From IMG/VR virus record IMGVR_UViG_3300020154_000003, positions 248,001 through 312,000 of that record: DNA of 64,000 nucleotides; one strand, written 5' to 3'. Both the position numbers and the translations under genes were made by a program. Below the pieces are notes generated by a model. It was not told the DNA's origin. It was given only the letters and a program-made list of their open reading frames with translations, and did not search any database. Shown here piece by piece: positions 18,512 to 26,978 of this stretch (position 1 is the stretch's first letter; every line of letters starts with the position of its first letter).

Positions 18512-19454
18512 ACCAGTACGGTTTACCTTTATGTTTACTATTCAATAGTTTTTTTACTTTCGAATGAAATTTTATGTCTATCCAAATGTCTTTCAAGGTT
18601 TCAACGTTAGTAAGCGTCAATTGTGGTTCTATTTCTTGAATAAGCTTCTCAACTTCCGCATTTCCTTCGTCTGTTTTTCTGAAGTCTATGTACTTCCAAT
18701 AGGAAGCCATGTTAGCATCATAGATTTTATTATTATCCTTAGAATCACGAATCGCCTGATCAATAGGATGTTTTTTACCCCATGCATCTAAGTGTTGGAT
18801 TCTTGCGATATGCGCAGCCCGTTGTTTCGTTGTTGGGATTAGTTTAAATATTTCTTTTCGCCTTTCATCATCCAACAAGAAGAAACAGATTCTGTCCTCA
18901 CTGTATGGTGTGTAATTGAAACCATTTTCCAATGGTGTGCCCCATCCATCCCCACCAAGGGCCATATTCCAATCAGTTCTCCTTTTCTCCCATGCTTTTT
19001 TACCAATCTTTTTTGGCTTATCACACTGATTTTGATAATGATAATCCTCAATTTCGGGCATTGACTCAAATACTTCTCGCAAGTCCTTCTTTTCAGTATA
19101 AAGGAGGATTAAAATTTCTCCTGTTTTAAGAGGTAAAATGTTGATGGAGAAACCAAAATCCACATCCGGGTCTCGCTCATTAGAGATTTTAATGTGTGCC
19201 ATTCTCTTAGCGATATACCGCTCTATACCAAACTGTAAGTTGCCGCCATCTTTCGAAACGAAGTACATTGCTTCGTCATAGATTCCAAATTGATTCTTAT
19301 CAAGGACTTCGAAATATGTTTTAAAGAAAGTTTGATAATACAAATTCTCTGCAACAGGCTTTACCTTATCCCTTAAGCGAATACAGAAACTATGTACTTC
19401 ACTTAATGAAAGAGATTTTTTGAATTTATAACCGTTGTAGATTTTGGTGCTCAT
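18498..19454 (-). CDS. hypothetical protein
   Basis: 318-aa ORF, MSTKIYNGY start, DYHYQNQCDKP block. Confidence 0.8.
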   Translation of the reverse strand: MSTKIYNGYKFKKSLSLSEVHSFCIRLRDKVKPVAENLYYQTFFKTYFEVLDKNQFGIYDEAMYFVSKDGGNLQFGIERYIAKRMAHIKISNERDPDVDFGFSINILPLKTGEILILLYTEKKDLREVFESMPEIEDYHYQNQCDKPKKIGKKAWEKRRTDWNMALGGDGWGTPLENGFNYTPYSEDRICFFLLDDERRKEIFKLIPTTKQRAAHIARIQHLDAWGKKHPIDQAIRDSKDNNKIYDANMASYWKYIDFRKTDEGNAEVEKLIQEIEPQLTLTNVETLKDIWIDIKFHSKVKKLLNSKHKGKPYWYEGK

Positions 19455-19456
19455 GA

Positions 19457-19669
19457 TTATTGCATTGGGATGTTTGGGTATTGTTCTAACATGCTTCTTT
19501 TAACTTTCTGAGCAAGTCTGAAATCCTGTTCACTATCAAAAAGAAAGCTGTAATGGTTTTTATCGTTGTATGATGGGATGCCTTTAAAATTGATTCCCTG
19601 ATTTTTTAGTCTTGTTAAAAATACTCTATGTGAATCTTCGTTTATATTCGCTCTGAATCCTAAAATCAT
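19457..19669 (-). CDS. hypothetical protein
   Basis: 70-aa ORF. Confidence 0.65.
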   Translation of the reverse strand: MILGFRANINEDSHRVFLTRLKNQGINFKGIPSYNDKNHYSFLFDSEQDFRLAQKVKRSMLEQYPNIPMQ

Positions 19670-19699
19670 TTTAATTAAACCTGTTATATTTTTAAATTA

Positions 19700-20179
19700 T
19701 TACATATTACTATTGGAATATTCAGGGTTGCCAGTAACTTCCTCAATCAACCATTCGGGGATGCTGAATTTATCGTCAATACTTTGCAATTCAATTTCAG
19801 CGAGTACTAACCCGCTTTTATGTCCACCAAATACGTCAACCTCCCAACGTGACTTATATACATAAACCACATATCTAACTTTTTCTATTAGCGGAGTTTT
19901 ACAGTATGATAACAACCTATCGATTTCATGAGTTGATGCGACATCATACTCAAATTCATCGACACCTACACTTCCATCGTTTATTTTGATGGTTAAAACA
20001 CCTGCAATACCATCTTGGTTTTCGACTTTCCTAATTCTTACTACTTTAATATCATCAGCATGGAGATACCCTTGAGTGATTTTGGAAATCGATATTGGTT
20101 TGTTAGTCATTCCAATATAATCATTGAATAGATCAAAATTCACCAAAAACTTTCGCTCAATTTCTCTATTTAGGCTCAT
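19700..20179 (-). CDS. CYTH-domain protein (triphosphate tunnel metalloenzyme)
   Basis: EIERKFLV, ITQGYL, VRIR, EFEY, IEKVRY, WEVDVF, LAEIEL, EVTGNPEYSNSN; start moved to ATG 20179. Confidence 0.9.
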   Translation of the reverse strand: MSLNREIERKFLVNFDLFNDYIGMTNKPISISKITQGYLHADDIKVVRIRKVENQDGIAGVLTIKINDGSVGVDEFEYDVASTHEIDRLLSYCKTPLIEKVRYVVYVYKSRWEVDVFGGHKSGLVLAEIELQSIDDKFSIPEWLIEEVTGNPEYSNSNM

Positions 20180-20481
20180 ACAAGGTGTGGTATAATCATT
20201 AGAAGTATTGACACCGTTGTAATAATCCAAAACGGCTTTCTACTTGGATGACAGTGTTTATGGGAGCAGCTAGACTTTTTATGTAGGTAGTACATATAAT
20301 AACCAACTGCAATAGAGGCTAAGTTAAGGATTATCAACACCCCTTCATACTCGTGCATAAACTCGAAATAATGTCCCATCGATGTAAGACCGATCACAAA
20401 ACAAACTACTGGCATTACACAGCATAATGAATGTGCAATTAAGGTGACAAACATTAATGACAATACCGACTTATTATTCAT
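20176..20481 (-). CDS. MerC/MerT-like three-helix membrane protein
   Basis: Three hydrophobic segments; HSLCC in TM1; CSHKHCH loop before TM3. Confidence 0.55.
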   Translation of the reverse strand: MNNKSVLSLMFVTLIAHSLCCVMPVVCFVIGLTSMGHYFEFMHEYEGVLIILNLASIAVGYYMYYLHKKSSCSHKHCHPSRKPFWIITTVSILLMIIPHLV

Positions 20482-20485
20482 TTTT

Positions 20486-21469
20486 TTAACGACTACCGAA
20501 CCCTATAGATTTTCCTCCAAACTTCTTTGAATTAGGACGTTCTTCGTTCAATTCTTTCAACGTCTTTATTACTTCCTCGAACGGATTTCCTTGAATAACC
20601 GTTGAGACTATTAATTCACGTAAGTGAGCAATAGACATTTTCTCTGTTTGCTTAACCCATTCATCCAAATTTATCGCAGCAATATCGTGAGGCTTCAAAG
20701 TCTTCTCGAAATAATATTTCCTCACTTCATCATTAGGAAGTGTAATTTCATATCTTTTATCGAAACGCGATGGTCTATTGATAATACGTTCGCCAAGTTC
20801 CTCAGGGAAGTTAGTGGTGGCAAGATAAACGATGTTATCCATCTGATTCATTCCGTCAAGAATGTTTAATAGCAGCGTTTCAGTTGCTTTGCCTGCATTG
20901 AACAGTCCATCAATGTCTTCAATGATTGTAACAATTTTACGGTTGCGCTCAACCACTTTGAAAGTCGAATGCATGAAGTTGCTGTAGAACTGTACATCTT
21001 CAGGAGTTTCAATTCTAAAAACAACACCAGATTCTTTTTCAATAAGATGTTTTACAATAAGTTGTATGATGTGTGACTTTCCGCAACCGGGGCTACCATA
21101 CATTAAAACACCTCGTTTATACGTCAAACCGTACTCTGTAAATTTCTCACCATTCTCCCAAAAACTAACAATGTCTTTAAGAATGCTTTTAGTTTCAGGC
21201 ATAGGAAGTTCCAAAATACTGTCAGTACTGTGACCCATTTTTCTGACAAAGTATTTCTCCTGTCGTTGATCATATCCAATACTATAAAATCCTGTTGGAA
21301 TTTTATTTGCTAGTTGAACTTGATACTCTGGATAATAAATTCCTCCACCGTGAGTACTCCACTGAATATATTTTGGGGTTTCTAATACTATCTCTTTATC
21401 TTCTGGAACGCTTGGTTCACTATTACCGTAATTATAATTATCTGCTTGATCAATCGTCTCTACTCTCAT
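20486..21469 (-). CDS. AAA+ ATPase
   Basis: Walker A GSPGCGKS, Walker B IIEDID, ATTN and R-finger RPSRFD. Confidence 0.9.
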   Translation of the reverse strand: MRVETIDQADNYNYGNSEPSVPEDKEIVLETPKYIQWSTHGGGIYYPEYQVQLANKIPTGFYSIGYDQRQEKYFVRKMGHSTDSILELPMPETKSILKDIVSFWENGEKFTEYGLTYKRGVLMYGSPGCGKSHIIQLIVKHLIEKESGVVFRIETPEDVQFYSNFMHSTFKVVERNRKIVTIIEDIDGLFNAGKATETLLLNILDGMNQMDNIVYLATTNFPEELGERIINRPSRFDKRYEITLPNDEVRKYYFEKTLKPHDIAAINLDEWVKQTEKMSIAHLRELIVSTVIQGNPFEEVIKTLKELNEERPNSKKFGGKSIGFGSR

Positions 21470-21472
21470 GCT

Positions 21473-21928
21473 TTACTTAATAAATTTTAAAATTAATTCT
21501 TTAACATTTTCTCCGCACAGACCGTCAATGGAATCACAAAGAACAAAGTTTGGTACTTTTTTAGATTTTAAATTTAAGTCATCAAAGGCAACCCATTTTT
21601 CAGGTTTATGTTCATTTAAATAAGTGCTAATTTGGTGTATCCTATTTATTTCAAGATCAAACATTTTCACATTTTCATTTGAGATCATACCAACGGGCTT
21701 TTTTATTATCCCATTCCATTCGAAAATCTCCCCTATTTGTTCCAATGTCCAATACAATCGCCAATCTGAGGATAGAACCAGATCAGCATCAGTTTCTCGT
21801 AAAATTTCGTTAAGAACTTCAACACATTTAGGATTCATGCGGTAGATACTACCCCACTTTGTTTCTTCGCGCTTCCCACACTCATCAGTTGCCAGTGGGC
21901 CATCAATATCTACAAAAATTAATTTCAT
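21473..21928 (-). CDS. HAD-superfamily phosphatase (Swiss-Army-Knife RNA-repair HAD type)
   Basis: FVDIDGPL, LVLSSDWR, WVAFDDL. Confidence 0.8.
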   Translation of the reverse strand: MKLIFVDIDGPLATDECGKREETKWGSIYRMNPKCVEVLNEILRETDADLVLSSDWRLYWTLEQIGEIFEWNGIIKKPVGMISNENVKMFDLEINRIHQISTYLNEHKPEKWVAFDDLNLKSKKVPNFVLCDSIDGLCGENVKELILKFIK

Positions 21929-21958
21929 GTTGTGTGTTCGTAAACCTATGAATAAAAG

Positions 21959-22156
21959 TTAAACATTGCAAACTTTTCTAAAAAATGCAGTATAATATAT
22001 TTTTTTATCTTTTAGGTAATTGCCCCTTAAATAGACATCAAGATTGATAGCCAATACGGTGAAATATTGATCGTTTGGCCCACATAGAACATGTACGTCC
22101 ATCTGAAAGAATTCTCGTCTTTTAACTGACAATTCAACTGCTTGCGGTAGTGTCAT
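21959..22156 (-). CDS. hypothetical protein
   Basis: 65-aa ORF. Confidence 0.6.
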   Translation of the reverse strand: MTLPQAVELSVKRREFFQMDVHVLCGPNDQYFTVLAINLDVYLRGNYLKDKKIYYTAFFRKVCNV

Positions 22157-22461
22157 CTTATGCTGGCAAAGTCAATTGTCTGAACCAATGCCTTTAGTAA
22201 AGCCTTATCGAATTCTTTCCTGAATACCACAGGAATTTCATTTTCGTATAAGTTAGGTTGCTCTCCGGGTTTGATGGCACATAAGTGAATAGTAGTACAC
22301 CATTCTTCATCAAATCGGTAGCCATCCCAACGACCGCTTTCAAATTCAACAATTTCATAGTTCAAAGCTTTCAAAAAAGTGAGTACTGATTCTAGGCTCA
22401 GAATATCAAAACGATATGTCTCACGGTTTATGTTTTTTTTGCTGGTTTCTTGGGTTTTCAT
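22153..22461 (-). CDS. hypothetical protein
   Basis: 102-aa ORF with ATGA overlaps. Confidence 0.7.
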   Translation of the reverse strand: MKTQETSKKNINRETYRFDILSLESVLTFLKALNYEIVEFESGRWDGYRFDEEWCTTIHLCAIKPGEQPNLYENEIPVVFRKEFDKALLKALVQTIDFASIR

Positions 22462-22856
22462 ACTAAGTAGTTTAAGAATTTTTGGGGTAAGAATACATTT
22501 TCCAATTGAACGGCATCCTTAAATAAGGGTGCTACATCCTTGTGTTTTAAGCCAGCTAGGCCAGTGCCAATTTCGGTCACGAGAAACTTGTACTTTGGGT
22601 TGTTTTTTGCAAATTTTATAAACCTCTCGACATGGGGCTGTATTTGGTCTATACGCAACGTTTGAATGTGGCGATCCTTGGTAGGTATACCGTAAGTACG
22701 TCCCATTAAACCTGAAGCCTGACCATATACGGCACCCCATTTTCTTTGAGCAGTCAAAGCAGCACCACGGCTATGTGCGCCACGTAGATTAGAACCGAAA
22801 ACGAATATTTCATCGTCCTCTAAATTTACTATATGTTCAGGGGTAACTCGATTCAT
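22458..22856 (-). CDS. macro-domain-like phage protein
   Basis: EIFVFGSNLRGAHSRGAA...TYGIPT...FLVTEIGTGLAG. Confidence 0.7.
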   Translation of the reverse strand: MNRVTPEHIVNLEDDEIFVFGSNLRGAHSRGAALTAQRKWGAVYGQASGLMGRTYGIPTKDRHIQTLRIDQIQPHVERFIKFAKNNPKYKFLVTEIGTGLAGLKHKDVAPLFKDAVQLENVFLPQKFLNYLV

Positions 22857-23254
22857 GATTTCCTATGTTTTACGCTTACTGCATCTATATCCCCTGCAAC
22901 ATTGCCACACTTAACCGATGTCGCGTCAATATCGCCACCAACGTCCCCACACACTACCGAAGTAGCATCCACCTTACCATGTACATTACCAACAATTTCA
23001 CAGCTAGTGCAATCCAATTTAGCCAACTCACCTTCCCATTTAATATGGACTGTATTACTAATTATATTGTCAACGATAACTTTTCCATCAACAATAATTC
23101 TTCTGTTTACGACAGAAACGTTTTTTCCCTCAACATCATAGGATACACCATCAATAGTTATTTTATTCATAAAGTTATCGAAATAGTTATTTAATTTTTT
23201 GAATTTGCTTTTTACCTTCTTTACAAGAGTGTCGTATGTATCGTTAATATTCAT
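22853..23254 (-). CDS. beta-solenoid repeat protein (bactofilin-like C-terminus)
   Basis: Repeats of G(N/D)VxG(K/D)(V/I)DA(T/V)SVxC. Confidence 0.65.
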   Translation of the reverse strand: MNINDTYDTLVKKVKSKFKKLNNYFDNFMNKITIDGVSYDVEGKNVSVVNRRIIVDGKVIVDNIISNTVHIKWEGELAKLDCTSCEIVGNVHGKVDATSVVCGDVGGDIDATSVKCGNVAGDIDAVSVKHRKS

Positions 23255-23257
23255 ATT

Positions 23258-23635
23258 TCATTTTATAATAATGTCGAATTCGAATCTGTGATCATAAAAA
23301 TTATCTCTGACATGCTCAACTTCTAAGTTTCTTACTTCCGATTCAAATGATTCCTTGAAGTACGCCATGTAGTCAATTCCTTTTTTTATGTCCAAATAGT
23401 TGTTTGTTTCCTTAAGGTAACTTATCTGGTCATTAATTTTGCGAATAATGTCTCGTATTGTGTTGTAATTCCGTCTTGCTTTAATGATTTCACAAATACC
23501 ATTATCTTTAAGATAAAGTACATACTCTGAATTAATCAGAACCGAAAACTCTACCTTGCTTCGTATCATAGACGTATTACGAAATGATTTATGAATCTCA
23601 TTCTCGTGTATATATGAAACTTTAATCTCCTTCAC
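23258..23635 (-). CDS. hypothetical protein
   Basis: 125-aa ORF. Confidence 0.7.
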   Translation of the reverse strand: MKEIKVSYIHENEIHKSFRNTSMIRSKVEFSVLINSEYVLYLKDNGICEIIKARRNYNTIRDIIRKINDQISYLKETNNYLDIKKGIDYMAYFKESFESEVRNLEVEHVRDNFYDHRFEFDIIIK

Positions 23636-24242
23636 GACTCAATATTTTAAGTGCCTTCAAATATTGTTTTTCACCAAATCCCGTTCTGTTTTTGCAGTGT
23701 ACAAAATTCTTTCTTTGTTCATAAAGCATGTCCGAATCGTCATCGAGTATGACATAAGTTGAAAGAGTACACTTCGCTTTTTCCTTACGCACATATTCCC
23801 CATCCCACTGCCAATGTGCAAAATTATGTTTGATACGATAATACCACTCAATTTCACAACCTCTCGGTATTGTGACACCACGATCTGATTTCAATCTGAT
23901 CAATTGGTTCATGTTGCTGCCGTACCGACTAGATTCGGCATTAACTCTCAAATCCCCTCTGAAGTCTGGTGTAATTCCAATAACTTCTCCTTCCATTTTT
24001 CTCAACTTCCACATCCCTCTCATTGCCTTGAGACCTGCATGTCGCCATGTGGAAGACACCACTATTTTAGCACCTGTTTCCCGTATCAATCGGTTTAACA
24101 ATTCCTGAGCAATTGGGTCAAATAATTGACCGTATTTGTCACGGGGAACTTGCTTCTTATGTTTTTTAAACCAAGTTTTATAGTAGCGTTGTGAATTCAG
24201 AACACCATCAATATCTAAGAAAATTATTTTAATTTTCTCCAC
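23622..24242 (-). CDS. HAD-superfamily phosphatase (Swiss-Army-Knife RNA-repair HAD type), second copy
   Basis: FLDIDGVLN, IVVSSTWR, RGCEI, YVILDDDSDM. Confidence 0.85.
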   Translation of the reverse strand: MEKIKIIFLDIDGVLNSQRYYKTWFKKHKKQVPRDKYGQLFDPIAQELLNRLIRETGAKIVVSSTWRHAGLKAMRGMWKLRKMEGEVIGITPDFRGDLRVNAESSRYGSNMNQLIRLKSDRGVTIPRGCEIEWYYRIKHNFAHWQWDGEYVRKEKAKCTLSTYVILDDDSDMLYEQRKNFVHCKNRTGFGEKQYLKALKILSREGD

Positions 24243-24245
24243 AGA

Positions 24246-24395
24246 TCAATGAGTAATAGCTTTTGCAATCGCTTTCTTTTTAACCTTGCTTTTATCTGAA
24301 ACGTTTAAATCGTTATATTCAGAATCAGTTAATATATCGCCCATACGGTAACTTTTACCATTAGAAGCTTTGAATGATTGTTTTGCTACGTACAT
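24246..24395 (-). CDS. small hypothetical protein (49 aa, not in ORF track)
   Basis: MYVAKQSFKASNGKSYRMGDILTDSEYNDLNVSDKSKVKKKAIAKAITH fills the gap. Confidence 0.55.
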   Translation of the reverse strand: MYVAKQSFKASNGKSYRMGDILTDSEYNDLNVSDKSKVKKKAIAKAITH

Positions 24396-24415
24396 TGTTG
24401 TTTTTGTTTGCTGCT

Positions 24416-24631
24416 TTAAATTATTCTTGACCCATCAGCCTTTGCCCCTATGAAAGCATAAGAAGATGTATAACGATCATTGTCATCAGGCTCACTCCCA
24501 ACCTCAAAACTTATTGTTTTGAGTTCAACTTTATGATGCGTTTTAAAGTGGTCTATTAAAATTTTTTCAACATCAGTTCTAGTCAACTTGATGTGTACCT
24601 TATCTACGATTTCCATATTATTCGCGTCCAA
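24416..24631 (-). CDS. hypothetical protein
   Basis: 71-aa ORF. Confidence 0.65.
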   Translation of the reverse strand: MDANNMEIVDKVHIKLTRTDVEKILIDHFKTHHKVELKTISFEVGSEPDDNDRYTSSYAFIGAKADGSRII

Positions 24632-24833
24632 ATTTTACTTTAAGTCCGTCCTGTGTCGCAATGATACCTAGAATTTTTTCTCCGGGTCGTTTGTTAACTG
24701 CATGTGCAATAAAGGGTTTCAACACTTCCCATGAAAACTCACTAATGACACCACCCTCAGCCTCACGCTTAAACTGTTCATCAGAAACACTTGCTTCCAA
24801 CGATTTGTAAATTTTTTGTACTATTTTATCCAT
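24618..24833 (-). CDS. hypothetical protein (start moved to ATG 24833)
   Basis: MDKIVQKIYKSLE...; longer form overlaps the upstream gene. Confidence 0.6.
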   Translation of the reverse strand: MDKIVQKIYKSLEASVSDEQFKREAEGGVISEFSWEVLKPFIAHAVNKRPGEKILGIIATQDGLKVKFGRE

Positions 24834-25165
24834 AAAAAGGTATAATATAATGTCATTATATGTATCAACTGATCCAATCCAATTACCGTCCAGAACCAGT
24901 ACCAATTTTGTTTTTTGTAAAAAAACGATGTTGTTTTACTAGTAACGAAATCAGTGCATAAATGTAAGAAACTATTCAACAATAACCAAAGAGTAAATGT
25001 TACAAAGTTCTCGAAAATAAAGAAAGTTGAAAGACCGAGTGCTATCGTATAGGCAACAATATGGACGGAGAGCCAATAAAAGCTTTTACTCTTATTATCA
25101 CCCATTTGTCTGGTCTGGCAAACGAAGTCAGCAAAGAAGTGGCCTACAAAAATGAATCCTAGCAT
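24821..25165 (-). CDS. DUF3307 family membrane protein
   Basis: GHFFADFVCQT...NKSKS...HIVAY...HLCTDFV...GLDQLIH. Confidence 0.8.
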   Translation of the reverse strand: MLGFIFVGHFFADFVCQTRQMGDNKSKSFYWLSVHIVAYTIALGLSTFFIFENFVTFTLWLLLNSFLHLCTDFVTSKTTSFFYKKQNWYWFWTVIGLDQLIHIMTLYYTFLWIK

Positions 25166-25548
25166 TATTTTGAAGGTTTATTTTGTTTATAATATTCTTG
25201 CATTTCTTCCAAACTATTGATGTGTTTGGGGACGATTTGGTTCAACCCTTTTGCAAATTCAGCCCATTTGTAGTTATCCCCATCCATTACAAAGTGATCA
25301 ACCGATGAAGAAAACCCTCTACTTATTACGCGAGTAGAAGGATACTCAGCCATCTTTTTTATGGCATTGATAAAATCTACCGCAGGATCGCCAGACTTAA
25401 ATTTGATGACCTTCTCCTTGCCCTTCTTACTATCTGCTGTCATTGTGCTCACATGCAGTTCTATAGCCTTGTATGACGATTGATCGCCATCATCATAGTC
25501 TATATTTAAGAATAGCTGGTAATATTCTTTTGGTTTACTCTTTGCCAC
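25165..25548 (-). CDS. hypothetical protein
   Basis: 127-aa ORF. Confidence 0.75.
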   Translation of the reverse strand: MAKSKPKEYYQLFLNIDYDDGDQSSYKAIELHVSTMTADSKKGKEKVIKFKSGDPAVDFINAIKKMAEYPSTRVISRGFSSSVDHFVMDGDNYKWAEFAKGLNQIVPKHINSLEEMQEYYKQNKPSK

Positions 25549-25888
25549 GTTTGATAATTGTTAACATTTTTTCCGAATACCCACCATCAATAGACATTTT
25601 CCTATGAATTGAAAATGCCCACTTAAGAAGTTCATCACTGGAATTATCAACCCGCTTATACACGGGTTCTTTCCTTAATTTAGGATTGGTAGCCAATCCG
25701 TATAGTGGAGTACCGTCACAGTCACGAAGATGGGCCACAACATAAAGTCTTAACCCCGGTTCACCATTCTCATCCGTCACTTCTACCAAAGATTCGAGTG
25801 GTATGTTGTGGGAAATGGTTAAGTTGTTCTCTTTTAAGGTTTTACCGTTGTTTTCAACGACATCACCAAGAAATACTATGTTTTTCAT
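25535..25888 (-). CDS. hypothetical protein
   Basis: 117-aa ORF, HLRDCDGTPLY block. Confidence 0.75.
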   Translation of the reverse strand: MKNIVFLGDVVENNGKTLKENNLTISHNIPLESLVEVTDENGEPGLRLYVVAHLRDCDGTPLYGLATNPKLRKEPVYKRVDNSSDELLKWAFSIHRKMSIDGGYSEKMLTIIKRGKE

Positions 25889-25899
25889 ATGTCAGAATA

Positions 25900-25922
25900 T
25901 ACGGATTTTGCGGTTAATTGTT
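25900..25922 (-). promoter_or_regulatory. ECF-type promoter motif AAC-N16-CGTA (second divergent pair, left)
   Basis: acAAC-16 nt-CGTAtatt, 11 nt before ATG 25888. Confidence 0.65.
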
Positions 25923-25930
25923 GTAAACAT

Positions 25931-25953
25931 AACAAAATTCTCTATTTATCGTA
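25931..25953 (+). promoter_or_regulatory. ECF-type promoter motif AAC-N16-CGTA (second divergent pair, right)
   Basis: atAAC-16 nt-CGTAtata, 9 nt before ATG 25963. Confidence 0.65.
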
Positions 25954-25962
25954 TATAAGGGC

Positions 25963-26223
25963 ATGAAAACAATAGATTTACTCAAAAACTTATATCATAA
26001 CTACCGCCAGAAACGGTTGTCAAATGTTGACAAACTGCGTTGGCTTGGTGGAATGGAAGCATACCTTATTGAATTAGGATTTCTTCAAGTTGGTGGGTTT
26101 CCGTTTGACTTTAAAAGGTCAGTCCTACTGAAGTTTTGGGTGATCAAAATAACTGTAAGAGAGAATTATGAAGAATTCATAATCCGTCATGTGAAGGAGG
26201 CTATAAATGGTAAAGCTATTTAG
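25963..26223 (+). CDS. hypothetical protein
   Basis: 86-aa ORF. Confidence 0.65.
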   Translation: MKTIDLLKNLYHNYRQKRLSNVDKLRWLGGMEAYLIELGFLQVGGFPFDFKRSVLLKFWVIKITVRENYEEFIIRHVKEAINGKAI

Positions 26224-26425
26224 AAAATGGTTTAGCAATTGGAGTGATTGGGAACTTATCGCTGAAAACGTACCATACATTAAAACCGTTATTGAAACTC
26301 AGTTCCACGGTGAAATAAGTATCACACCTAAATCGGTAATTGTCGATATTTACCAGAAAAAAAACAAAAAAACTTCCAAAGTCAAACGTAAAATCGTTGA
26401 AAAACGAGTTTATCGCAAGTTCTGA
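26207..26425 (+). CDS. hypothetical protein
   Basis: 72-aa ORF. Confidence 0.65.
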   Translation: MVKLFRKWFSNWSDWELIAENVPYIKTVIETQFHGEISITPKSVIVDIYQKKNKKTSKVKRKIVEKRVYRKF

Positions 26426-26528
26426 AGTTTATTTTATTCAAACTTTGTATATTATTCATGATTTCCATATTATTGCAATAGGTCAGTAGGCCGATTCAAT
26501 TATAATTTTATCGTACTTAACGATATAC

Positions 26529-26948
26529 ATGGAAATTAAGGATGCAATAGCTGAAGCACATAAAACAGCAGTAGAAAAAGGATTCTGGAAAACAGACTGG
26601 AACCTTGGAGAGAAATTAATGCTCATCACCTCCGAACTCGGAGAAGCCCTTGAAGCAGTTCGCACAGGAAAAGAAATCAACCGAACACAATTCGATCTTG
26701 AAATACAGGAGGCTTGGGAAAATTTCAGTACCAAATCAGCCACCCCTATCACATTTGAAGAATACACAAGCAAATTCGTAAAATCATTCGAAAACAATAT
26801 CAAAGATTCATTTGAAGATGAAATGGCTGATGCCGCTATTAGACTATTTGATTTGGCAGGTAAGATGAATGTTGATTTGGATTATCACATCCGTAAAAAA
26901 ATGGATTACAATAAAACCAGAGCAATACTTCACGGGAAGAAATTTTAA
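26529..26948 (+). CDS. MazG-like nucleotide pyrophosphohydrolase
   Basis: KLMLITSELGEALEAVR...EDEMADAAIRLFDL...KMDYN. Confidence 0.85.
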   Translation: MEIKDAIAEAHKTAVEKGFWKTDWNLGEKLMLITSELGEALEAVRTGKEINRTQFDLEIQEAWENFSTKSATPITFEEYTSKFVKSFENNIKDSFEDEMADAAIRLFDLAGKMNVDLDYHIRKKMDYNKTRAILHGKKF

Positions 26949-26978
26949 TATAACACCAAATCAAAGTAGGACAACATA

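Noticed and set aside
21937-21960. Near-matches to the ECF motif (AAC-N17-CGAA here; CGTA without AAC at 26512 and 54164)
   Set aside because: Spacing or -35 element deviates; not counted among the ten sites.
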